Below, piece by piece: positions 53,336-64,000 of a stretch of 64,000 nucleotides of DNA. Under the pieces are notes generated by a model. The model was given only the letters and a program-made list of their open reading frames with translations. It did not search any database and was not told the origin of the DNA. This DNA comes from Squalus acanthias (Eukaryota). The stretch spans positions 24,678,001 through 24,742,000 of the forward strand of contig CM059433.1 of the NCBI GenBank assembly GCA_030390025.1, given 5' to 3'. The translations under genes and the position numbers were made by a program. Every line of letters starts with the position of its first letter. The stretch's first letter is position 1.

Positions 53336-53489
53336 ATGTTCCCTCTTTTTTTTGTACTGAGTGGGCCACGAACTCCTTTGAGTGCGACCTTTGTGTCCGT
53401 GGACAAATTTTACTAACGACAGCAACAGCAACCACTTAAAAGCATATATACAATAATGCCACATTGCCACCCCACCGTCTCAAATCATG

Positions 53490-53790
53490 AGTCATTCAGA
53501 CAAGGTTCTATACAAGTTTAACATAACTTCTCTGCGTTTGAATTCTATTCCTCTAGAAATGAACCCCAGTGCTTTATTTGTACTTTATTGCTTTTTTTTA
53601 ACCTGCATTGCTACTTTTAATGATTTGTGAATCTATACCCCTAGATCCCTTTGCACCTCTACCCCATTTAGACTCTTATTTTCCAAGGAGTAGGTAACCT
53701 TCTCCTTCCTCCTCCCAAAATGCACCACCTCACACTTATCTATATTGAAATTCATTTGTTATTTACATGCCCATTCTGCAAGTTTGTTTA
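53490..53790 (-). mobile_element. CR1 LINE internal fragment
   Basis: Reverse complement encodes QMNFNIDKCEVVHFGR-like segment. Confidence 0.65.
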
Positions 53791-54503
53791 TGGTAGAATT
53801 AATTCAAAGCTTTTACAAACATGTACAAACTCTACTTAAAAAATAAAAATACTTGTTAGAAATGACTGGGATATAAAAGAACTGCATAATAATGCATTAA
53901 CACTTCAGAAACGTCACTCAGTTACACGGTTCTGCATCGACAAACAATCCAAAAGCCCAAGGTGAACTGAAAGAGGCATATCTATTCGTGCAATTTGTAT
54001 TAATTTTAAAGTTTTCAACATATTAGCCCATCCCTCATGTCACTATAGCAGTGGCTGCACAAGCAGCAGGAGCAGCGGCTTTCCTATGACGCTGACGTGC
54101 TGTATGTCCACATAACTAATTAGAATATTAATCACAATGCAACCAGACAACCAACAAATATAAAGTGCTGTAATTCTTTAGTTCACAGTATTAAAAAGAA
54201 TTGAACAAAAATGGGTTTTTTCAACCATTAATAAATGTTGTCTTGAACCAGCACACCCACCTTGTAACATGTCAGAAATGCAGCACTTATTCACAAGTGG
54301 AGAAAAGCACATACACAATTTGTGTTACAGAATTAAAAACAAAAAGCAGGAAAAGCTATGATTAACAGAAATAAACTTTCATCTTTCTTCTTGGACAGAA
54401 AAACCAATCAGACTGACTTGGAAATGGTTGCTACTTTAATTTACGAATTTCGCTTCGAATGTTTTGCTCTCCAACATTCTCCACAATATTAATCCCTGCT
54501 CTT

Positions 54504-55159
54504 AAGAGCAAGGAAGTCTTACTACGATTGTACAGGGCTTTGGTGAGACCACACCTGGAGCATTGTGCACAGTTTTGGTCTCCTTCTGAGGAAGGATATA
54601 CTTGCTTCGGAGGCGGTGCAGCGAAGGTTCACTAGATTGATTCCTGGGATGAGAGGGCTGTCCTATGATGAAAGATTGTGTAGAATGGGTCAATACTCTC
54701 TGGAGTTTAGAAGAATGAGAGGTGATCTTGTTGAAACATACAAGATTCTGAGGGGGATTGACAGGCTAGATGCTGATATTGTTTCCCCTGGTTGGAGAGT
54801 CTAGAACTAGGGGACAGAGTCTCAGGATAAGGGGTCGGCCATTTAATACCGAGATGAGGAGGAATTTCTTCACTGAGGATTGTGAATCTTTGGAATTCTC
54901 TACCACAGAGGGCTGTGGGTGCTCAGTCGTTGAGTGTATTCAAGGCTGAGATAGAATACAAAATTCTATCTAAGGGAATCGAGGAATATGGGGATCGGGC
55001 GGGAAAGTGGAGTTGAGGTTTCCCACATTACAACAGTGACTCCACTTCAAAAATGCAAGTCTTTCTTTCTTTCTTAACGATCAGCCATGATCTTATTGAA
55101 TGGTGGAGCAGGCTCGAAGGGCTGTATGGCCTACCCCTGCTCCTAATTCTTATGTTCTT
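54504..55159 (+). mobile_element. CR1 LINE 3' fragment with a ~55-bp SacSINE1-tail insert at ~55020-55075
   Basis: [23 protein letters not shown]; 3' UTR interrupted by cattacaacagtgac...gcaagtctttctttc. Confidence 0.85.
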
Positions 55160-55345
55160 CAGCAAAGTGTTTCAGCCTTTGCATGTTAAAATTGGGGACC
55201 AAAGTGAATCGCCCAAAAATTGGTGTCAAATCAAACAGTTGATCCAAAAACATTTGAGCCATAAACAAAGGGTAACAGTTATATTTGGGTTAAGTACTGC
55301 AGAATCATTGACATCACTGGCACAACAGTTTTTAAAGGGCCAATC

Positions 55346-56104
55346 TTGGGAAACCGAAGCCATTGTTTTCGGTCCCTGCCACTGACTCCATCCCTTTCCC
55401 TAGCATCTGTCTGAGGCTGAACCACACTGTTCGCAACCTTGGTGTCATAATTGACCCTGAAATGAGCTTCCGACCACATATCCGCAGCATAACTAAGACA
55501 GCATACTTCCACCTTCGTAACATCGCCCGTCTCCGCCCCTGCCTCAGCTCATCTGCTGCTGAAACCCTCATCCATGCCTTTGTTACCTCTAGGCTTGACT
55601 ATTCCAATGCACTCCTGGCCGTCCTCCCACATTCTACCCTACGTAAACTTGAGGTCATCCAAAACTCGGCTGCCCGTGTCCTAACTTGCACCAAGTCCCA
55701 TTCACCCATCACCCCTGTGTTCGCTGACCTACATTGGCTCCCGGTTAAGCAACGCTTCGATTTCAAAATTCTCATCCTTGTTTTCAAATCCCTCCATGGC
55801 CTCGCCCCTCCCTATCTCTGTAATCTCCTCCAGCCCCACAAACCCCCCCCCCCCCGAGATATCTGCGCTCCTTTCTAATTCTGCCCTCTTGAGCATCCCT
55901 GATTATAATCGCCCAACCATTGGTGGCCTACCTCTCTTTCCTCCTTTTAAGATGCTCCTTAAAACCTATCTCTTTGACCAAGCTTTTGGTCACCTGCCCT
56001 AATTTCTCCTATGTGGCTTGATGTCAATTTTTTCTTTTATAATACTCCTGTGAAGTGCCTTGGGATGTTTTACTACGTTAAAGGCACTGTATAAATACAA
56101 GTTT
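55346..56104 (+). mobile_element. L2 LINE 3' fragment with 17-bp TSD
   Basis: 171-aa ORF with ETLIHAFVTSRLDYSNALL and LHWLPVKQRFDFKIL; tttttaaagggccaatc at 55329-55345 and 56105-56121. Confidence 0.93.
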
Positions 56105-56565
56105 TTTTTAAAGGGCCAATCGGGTCTCTTGTAAAGAGGGACTGACTTTCTGGTAATGCTTGCATTTTTGGCTTACACCCATGCCTGGACCCTCTGGCTA
56201 ATGGCTTGTTTGGCTGGTTAATGCAGGCATACAGGCTGCTTTGCATAAACCAGGCTGAGAATGAGGAAATTCCTGACATCAGGTGCCATTTTTGGGACAG
56301 ATGGAAGTTCTGTCTCAAACAAGTCCCCACAGAAACTACCAACAAAGGCTGAAACCTGTTGGATCCACATCCTGATACAATGTCTGGCCTCTTCAAAGGA
56401 CTTCCAGGGGACTTAACAGTGTGGCCACTAGCCCTGCAGATTAGTAAAATAATGTTTCTTTAACTTAACACTACGCTTGTTACTGGCCAGGATTGCGTGC
56501 TGACATGCACTCGGGTTGCTGAGGTACTTACTGACTTGCCTTTCTTTGATTGTCTAATAACCCCC

Positions 56566-56977
56566 TCGGGCTGCACTCGCACTCCCGCGGCACACTAAAG
56601 CTTCGCGCCCGTGATGCTGTCTGCGCGGTAACCGGACCTCACTGGCAGCTGTCTGATTGGCAGGCCAGTGTGATTGGCAGCTGTCTGATTGGCAGGCCAG
56701 TGTGATTGGCAGCTGTCTGATTGGCAGGCCAGTGTGATTGGCAGCTGTCTGATTGGCAGGCCAGTCCAGCCAATGACGTGCGTCGGGAGGGTGCCGCCTT
56801 CTCTTGGCACTGATTGGCCGGGAGAACCCTGGTTGCGAGAACCTGCAAATGCACGTCAGTGGCTGGACAGGCCTGCCAATCAGACGGCTGCCAGTGCGGT
56901 GCAGTTACCGTGCAGCTGCCTGCCTCAAGTCGGCGTCCCCAGCGCGAAGCTTCACTGTGCCGTGGGTGCGAGGCCCG
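56566..56977. repeat. CpG-rich imperfect palindrome (MITE or DNA-transposon end)
   Basis: Paired blocks cgggc/gcccg, cccgcggcaca/tgtgccgtggg, aagcttcgcg/cgcgaagctt, and ctgattggcaggccagtccagccaatgacgtgc / gcacgtcagtggctggacaggcctgccaatcag. Confidence 0.8.
56643..56765. repeat. 32-bp minisatellite, ~3.8 copies (tggcagctgtctgattggcaggccagtgtgat)
   Basis: Units start at 56643, 56675, 56707 and 56739 with no differences between copies. Confidence 0.95.
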
Positions 56978-57039
56978 TTTATTTAACTACGCGGCCCAAT
57001 CAGAGTGCTGCGTGGCCGCGCATACGCGCAACTTAGAAG

Positions 57040-57565
57040 GAACAGTGCTCCTGACTCCCCAAAACCTTTCCACCATCTACAAAGCGCAAGCCAGGATTGT
57101 AATGGAATACTCTCCATTTGCCTGGATACGTGCAGCTCCAACAACACTGAAGAAGCTCCACACCTGCTTGATTGGCACCCCATCCACCACCTTAAACATT
57201 CACTCCCTCCACCACCGGCGTACCATGGCTGCAGTGTGTACCATCTACAAGATGCTCTGCAGCAACTTGCCAAGGCTTCTTCGACAGCATCGCCCAAACC
57301 CGCGACCTCTTCCACCTAGAATGACAATGGAAGAACCCCATCGCCTGCAAGTTCCGCTCCAGGTCACACACCATCCTGACTTGGAAGTATATTGCTTCAT
57401 CGTCGCTGGGTCAAAATCTGGAACTCCCTCCCTAACTGCACTGTGGGAGTACCTTCACCACACGGACTGCAGAAGTTCAAGAAGGCGGCTCACCACCACC
57501 TTCTCTAGGGCAGTAAATGCTGGCTTGCCAGCGACGACCCACATCCCATGAATGAATAAAAAATA
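57040..57565 (+). mobile_element. Jockey-group (CR1/Daphne-like) LINE 3' end
   Basis: LSTIYKAQARIVMEYSPFAW, HSLHHRRTMAAVCTIYKM; ends cacatcccatgaatgaataaaaaaa. Confidence 0.85.
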
Positions 57566-58392
57566 ATACCCTGAACCGAAAGTTCCATTTGAGCAGATTT
57601 TATTTTTACCCCAATTAAAAAGCCACAATAAGCAAATGTGCTGTTTTTTCCCCATAATTTAAAAAAAAAATTAATTAATATGATTTTTCTCAACAGGACT
57701 TTCAAATTAATTTTATCTTGTGTTTTTTTGTAACAGTACACATTCTTACATTTGTAGTGCTATTACATTTGCTAAAGAGTTGGATAAATTTGGAGGCCAC
57801 TATTGAGGCTGAGATGCATTCCACCGAAGTACTGGAAGAGCCAAGTACTGCATTACTGTGACCTTCGTCTGTCTTATACTGGGTTGCTGGCACAGTGATT
57901 GAGATAGGCAGTTGAGGAATAGGATTTTTTATGCACAAGATATGTAGAGAAGGAGTGATACTCAAGATGACACACTCATTCCACAGAGTCACTTTGTGGC
58001 CAGAAATTGCAGCTACAGCATGATGGATGACATAGCAAAATTAAATGGAAGTGCTGATTCAGCAATTTACAATGTACAATTCACTGTACCATAGCTTCTA
58101 TAGAGGTAGTCCAATAGCTGTCTATGATACCTACATGTAAGACTTACAGGATGGACACTGGTCCAGGTTTAGTTTTTATCAGTTGAGTTAGAAAAGTGTT
58201 GGATCTGTTGTTATATTTATACCTGGGAGGGAGTGGCAGGTAATTGTTCTGTTTCAAAAAAAATAGTGCAAGCTGCTGCATTGGATCTTGTGGCTGCTTG
58301 TCTGTAATTTAAAAAACCTGTTCTGTAGTTTATATGGCCTGTTCTTCCATTATCCAAAATCTGAGAGATAACAGGAGGACTTGTTATACCCA

Positions 58393-58601
58393 TGTGAGAA
58401 GTCGCACAACACCAGGTTATAGTCCAACAGCTTTATTTGAAATCACAAGCTTTCGGAGCGCTGCTCCTTCGTCACCTGACGAAGGGAAGGAGCAGCGCTC
58501 CGAAAGCTTGTGATTTCAAATAAAGCTGTTGGACTATAACCTGGTGTTGTGCGACTTCTCACATTTGTCCACCCCAGTCCAACACCGGCATCTCCACATC
58601 A
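58393..58601 (+). mobile_element. Short PLE-derived hairpin insertion (family A), 12-bp TSD
   Basis: ttgttataccca at 58381-58392 and 58602-58613; inverted arms centred at ~58475; ~36-nt tail gtccaccccagtccaacaccggcatctccacatca. Confidence 0.88.
58472..58513 (+). ncRNA. Minimal type I hammerhead ribozyme motif (PLE-type) with a 5-nt gaagg duplication
   Basis: Stem I TCAC/GTGA, core CTGACGA, stem II GGAGC/GCTCC, GAA, palindromic AGCT helix III, triplet CUU. Confidence 0.6.
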
Positions 58602-59042
58602 TTGTTATACCCAGTAAGCTATGTGCAATAATGAGGGCTTCTATTTGACCCCCAGGTGATGCTACGGTACTGGAAAGTGTGGCTAAGTCACACTTTCCGC
58701 ACGTAGAGAACTAAGAGTTCACCTACGGGAGTGGTCCTTGACACTGAGCACACGACAAGTATCAGAGTGAAGCCTAAAAACACCACACTGAAATCCCACT
58801 GCATAATGTGCATCGGAAATTTCTGTGTAAAAGTGCTTTCTGCCTGAAAGCTTAGGGAGTAGTAACAACAGCTCAGACTTCAGTAAGAGTGCCGCTGTAG
58901 CCTTTCTGTTGCTTTTTGGAATGTGGTGCAATTCAGTTGAATAGATTTTCCTGTTAAGATCACAAGGATTACTTTTCTTTGGCGAGGCTCAAATGCCTGA
59001 TGTTTCTTTCAGAACATTTGTGAAACAGTCCTTTATTCCAGT

Positions 59043-59619
59043 GGGCTAATTCCGAATACAGTTTAGAAGCTAACTGAATTGAACATTTTCCGAATTCCAT
59101 TAAAAGCAATGTAAAAAAAAAAAAAATAGGTAACCCCGAAAATAATTATCGCTGGTCTTTGCGAATTGGTCCAGATTATGGATCTTTAAGTTGTTGAGCG
59201 GATCGATTTTTAGTTTGTGTGGCACCTGAATGATTGATTGTGTAGTGCTCACTTGATTTACATTAAATGTGAAGTAATTGGCTGAGAGATTGCTGCTATT
59301 CTTCCCATGTCCACTATATCCCTTCCAGAAACAAACGGGGCCAAGAGATGCATCTCCATTGTAACAGTTCAACCAATTTTAGGGACTATCCGCTTTTTCC
59401 GCCGTAACAGTAGTGTTCACATTTGTTTACAGCTTCTTTAAAGCATAATGTGAAAAATTAAAACGGTAAATGTCATCCCTCCATCAAAATGGCCTCAAAC
59501 GAGCCCCCAGTTTTGCGTTCTTCAGTCTCCATTCCAGTGCTGTGTTTCGGCTGCACTCTCGACCTATCCAATCCTCATTTTTGAAAGTCAATTGTCAGTC
59601 AGTATTTCTACATTCGCCC
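59043..59619. mobile_element. Possible old non-autonomous DNA transposon
   Basis: Weak TIRs gggctaattccgaatac / gtatttctacattcgccc; CpG-richer than flanks; no TSD seen. Confidence 0.3.
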
Positions 59620-59833
59620 TCGGAATGATGGAGCTGTTAGTTCAATAATTAAAATTTACTGTGAATATTTGCCAAAAACTGACGGGTTAAATAGTGTTTT
59701 GGAAAAAATTGAGGTATTTCAGTAAAAAAAAAAATTGTTTTTAATTTCTGAACGTTTCTGATGTGAAGTGAACAGTACAATTTTCACAGCTGTATAGCAG
59801 TGATTAGTGAATTTTGAACCTTTTTATTTGTAG

Positions 59834-59908
59834 CCAGAAACTACTGGATCACTTTCAAACCTGAAGGATTTGTGGCTGGACGGGAACCAACTGGTGGAAC
59901 TGCCTGCG
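59834..59908 (+). CDS. LRRC1: LRRC1 coding exon (probable exon 7), 75 nt, phase 0-0
   Basis: tttgtag|cca; encodes PETTGSLSNLKDLWLDGNQLVELPA; donor gcg|gtaagc. Confidence 0.94.
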
Positions 59909-61110
59909 GTAAGCCTTTTCTGCAATTATTGTCTTCCCCTCCCCCAATGCCTTAATGGTGCTTTTTTACTGGAATTGTCCTGTTCTTTGTCTTTTGATTT
60001 TTCAGGTACTGTCTCTTTGCTGTCGTTCAGCTACTAATTTTAATCTTGGCCCTTACACTTCTAAGTGCTGCTTATCCAGGCCTTTGATTTATTGTCCCTC
60101 TGTATTTCCACTTGAGAATGCTTAGGCTGAAAAGCTGGCACATTTACATTGCCATGAAAACCTAGTGCCACTTTATATATTCCAAGTTTTGAAACGCTTG
60201 CTATTTGAATTATGGAGATTTAAAAGGTTCATCATAATTCAGTTTACTGTGATCATCTTTACCACTTATCGATATTACCTCCTCATTTTTACATTGGTGA
60301 TTCTGTGGTACTCTTTTAGACAGGAGGATATGCGAGTACTACTGAGAGCATCTCCATGGTTGCCTCAGTCAAAAATAGGCGTGCTTTTCAAGGTTAGAGG
60401 GGACAATTGTTTTCCTCTCCCAAGGTATAATGGTCTGTTATCATGGAGCATTATCTATTCATTGCCTTCACAAGTATCAAATGTACCTAGCTGTTGGGAG
60501 TACAATTATTTTAATCTAGCTCTCTATTAAAGGTTTTCAAACTTTTCTCTCTGGGTGACCCCCTATAGATATTAACACATGGCCAAGGAACGAACCCCTG
60601 TCCTAATTTCTGAGAGTACCACTACCCAATGGAAAGCAGAGCTTGTGTTTAGACAAATACATTATTCTTGGTATACAGCAGTGGAAATAATGTACTACTG
60701 AGTCAATAAATACAGTATAATACAGAAATCGGGAAGAATCTGGTGGCCTTTTGCGATCCTTTCACAGGTGGGAAGGTTGCCATGGAATTGGGGAGAGGGA
60801 TTTGCTGTTCCGTGGAAGGGAATGTTTGTTGAAATGGGGAGGAGACACATTTGGAAGGTTGTTTGCAGTGGTGGGCAGGGGGATTAGCAAAACAAAAATC
60901 CTGCCGGGTGGATGGGGGGGTAGGTCGGGGGTTGGTTCTAAAGTGAAAAGGTGGTTGATTGCGGGAGGGGATTCTAGAAACAAGTCCTGTTCTTTTATTG
61001 GGGAGCGGGAGGAAGTGCAGCAGCTTCTAAGTAGGTGGGTGGAGTACTAAAAAGAGAAATGCTGCTCATTTCACGGGCGGCTGGGCTTGGGTGAATGCTA
61101 TAGTATAAGG

Positions 61111-61570
61111 TGACGTAAGAAAACTACTAGGCACTTGGTCTAAGCATTAAACAAAGCTTTAATCAACTGTTTTACAACATGGAGGTCTAGTTGTGTCCTT
61201 CACTAGTTCCTGTTAAGAATGTCCTGCGCAAGCTGGGCCCGTGCCCGAGTATTTATACTCTCCTGGACAGCACCACCAGCAGGCCGCCCAGTATTATTTC
61301 ATAAGTCATTTCCACATGAATGACAAGATTCATGTCATTAGGTATGCCCAGATGTCCCCAGTGTCATTGCAGGGGTGAGAAGAAGCGGGCTGGGTCATGG
61401 GCAACTGTGTCTACGTAAGTCATCTGGAAGAGTTTCAGCTGGTTGCTGAGATGGAATGGAAAGTGCCGGGTTTCACGGCGTACTGCCGCCAAAGTGAGTG
61501 CCAGGCGAGTATCGCCACGCCCCAGAGAGGAGTATGGGCAGGTGAGCAAAATGGGGCCGCCGAAACTTCA
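61111..61570 (-). mobile_element. Probable solo LTR, 460 bp
   Basis: tgacgt...acttca termini; minus-strand TATAAA (~61255) upstream of ATTAAA (~61160); flanks taagg / gaagt match only 3/5. Confidence 0.45.
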
Positions 61571-62187
61571 GAAGTTAACTAGATAGATTTTACGCTTTAT
61601 TGAAATATTTTGTGTTCAAAACTTAGATATTTGGGTGCTGACTGGAATGGGAAAGAGAGTAAGCAGCCAGCAGTCTGGGAAGAGACACAGCCATAGGGAC
61701 CAATAGCTGGAGAGCCCAAATGACACTGCAGAGAAGTGATTTTTAAATAAAACGGAAGAAAGATATGCACATTGTTGCGTTTAAAAAAAAAAGTAGTGAA
61801 AAATAAATAAAACCATGCTGTTTAATTCTTAACTTACGGAAGTTGAGTTGAAAAACCAAGATGGCAGTCAAGCTAGCACAGTGTTGATAAAGCTGCTCTA
61901 CAGTGACCTGTGATTGCATAATGTGTGTGAGAAGTTCATAGACAGGTTCAATTTTAAATGTGGATGGAATAAAATGTTGAAAGCTTTTTGAGAGAATTGT
62001 GGGAACCCAGTAGCACAACCTGGTGGTTACATTGCACATTGAGTGACGACTTTTTCCATTTTAAATGTGACATGGAAATTTGTTATTTAAAAATAGTTGA
62101 CATAAAAAGTGTGACAGAAATAACTAAGTCAAGTGGCCAAGTTGGGAAGTACATGCAGACAGTATTAGTAATTTTTATATTTTTCTC

Positions 62188-62495
62188 TCTGGCAAGTGGC
62201 TCAAGAACTAGAGGCCATAGATTCAAAATCATTGGAAAAAGATCTAGGGGGGAGATGAGGAGAATTTTTTTCACAGAGTTGTCGGGATCTGGAACGCTCT
62301 ACCTGAAAAGGTGGTGGAAGCTGATTCCATAAATAATTTTAACAGGGAATTGGACAGGTACTTGAGATGAAGAACTTACAGGGTTACGGACAAAAAGCAG
62401 GGATGTGGGACTAAGCACAACTGCTCTTTCAAAGAGCGAGCGCAAGCACGACGGGCCGAATGGCCTCCTTCTGTGCTGTTTGGTTCTATGATTCA
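62188..62495 (+). mobile_element. CR1 LINE 3' end
   Basis: LASGSRTRGHRFKIIGKRSRGEMRRIFF; 3' UTR gggccgaatggcctccttctgtgctg...ttctatgattc. Confidence 0.85.
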
Positions 62496-62911
62496 GATGC
62501 AGTTATTGTTGGATAAACACTGATGGATGAGTTCTACTCTAATAGCTAAAGAAGCTTTGAAGTAAATTTTCACCAAATGTGCAGGTGTATTTAACATACA
62601 AACTTTAATTTATGTGTTTTCTAAAGAAATTGAGAAGTGCTAATCTTTTAATATTTAGTTAGTTGAACATTCCTTTTCACTTCTCATTAGCTTAGTCTTT
62701 TAGATGCTAAGTTAACAAAAACTTCTGTTAAGTACTTGCTTACCACTTTGGAATTTTGGAAACGGTTGACTACAAATACAAACACAGAAGCTTTTTTTTA
62801 AATATAAAAAAAAAAGTGTTTGAAATCAGTGGGAGAGAAATTGCCCTTCTCCGCAGTGTGCTTTACCACTAAACTTTTCATGTATGGACATGAGTTCTGT
62901 TTTCTTTTTAA

Positions 62912-63082
<171 letters not shown>

Positions 63083-64000
63083 TGAAATTGGTGCGGTATG
63101 TCTGGGAGGACTTTAAAATGCTTTCACCAAGTTTATTTCCTCAGGTTACTTTTTTTTTTAGAGCTATCAGTTAGGGAAATATTGTCTTCTGGAAGAATAT
63201 TTTACTCTCCTAGGGAAGTCTGCTATCTGTGTATGTCTATTTTATATTTTAATTTGACTGTGCGCTCAAGAATGTAAATGCCAATACATTTTGAAATCTT
63301 TCTTCCCTCTTCCCCTTCCCTCTGATGATTTTATTTTTAAATCGTTTGTCCCAAGAGGTGAAACTCTAGATTTTTGGGAGATTGCTCCAGGGACAATTTG
63401 GTGAAAACAGCAAAGCTTAAAGCACTTGTGTGAAATGTCTGTCAGCAGTAGAGCTGTGTGAGAGTCCCACTGCAGGCACGATGAGCTGAATGGCCACTTT
63501 CTGTCCTGTAAAATTCCATGTCTGGTTTACTGTTTGCTAACACACTGAGGAAAAGCACAGTGCTTTCATATTCATCTGGCTTTATAAAATTTTGAAAGAA
63601 ACTAGCACCAAACTGTAATTGTGCCCTAATAAGCTTTGCCTTCAGTTTTTTAGAGGGTGGATCTCCAGGCTTGAGAATACTTGCTTGAGTGACCTTCACT
63701 GCGAGCCTCTCGGGCAGCTCTCTCACTATATTGAGTAGTCCAATCCTGGATGTTGATTACAGCACTCCAGTGCAACTAAAGATAATTGCATCATTTATGG
63801 GGGTAAGTAATTTGCCCCTCATTTATGACTGCACTCCCCTCCGAGGTAGCCCTACCTTCTGATGTGGTACCTTTAATATAAAGTGGCATAGAAATAAAAA
63901 CGTGCTTGTATTAGGGGAATGATCATTTATATCACTATGTAGTTAAACTAAATTTGGATGACATATAACTTAAACCTGCTGTGAACTTACGGTGCTTACT

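Noticed and set aside
56643..56765. CRISPR-like array of 32-bp repeats
   Set aside because: Units are head-to-tail with no unique spacers, there are no cas genes, and the context is a vertebrate intron; it is a minisatellite.
56814..57551. 245-aa ORF as a novel gene
   Set aside because: Chance read-through from the GC-rich palindrome into a LINE 3' fragment; a chimera of two repeats with no splice support.

Overview
Eukaryotic, repeat-rich genomic DNA, most likely from a shark or other chondrichthyan (inferred from the CR1/L2 LINE, SacSINE1-like, LF-SINE-like and Penelope-derived repeat content). The window lies inside one + strand host gene. Seven small GT-AG exons (1778-1895, 14366-14444, 19520-19609, 34302-34358, 35955-36018, 59834-59908, 62921-63065) splice in frame to about 209 aa of the leucine-rich-repeat region of LRRC1/Lano (LAP family; probably exons 2-8). 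The ORF track reports none of these exons in their + strand coding frame. The introns are filled with CR1, L2, RTE and other jockey-group LINE fragments, SINEs, Harbinger-type MITEs and probable solo LTRs. Main oddities: (i) five Penelope-type terminal fragments from two families carry minimal type I hammerhead ribozyme motifs; two are ~210-bp TSD-bounded hairpin-plus-tail units, and one of these has the same core mutation in both arms; (ii) an RTE LINE is flanked by a ~222-bp duplication that ends inside a 96-bp palindrome; (iii) an A-S-A'-S-A double hairpin has two identical 22-nt loops; (iv) a CpG-rich palindrome contains an amplified CCAAT/E-box array; (v) inverted CR1 pairs bracket exons. 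Family names come from recalled sequence features, not database searches, and most repeat boundaries are approximate.
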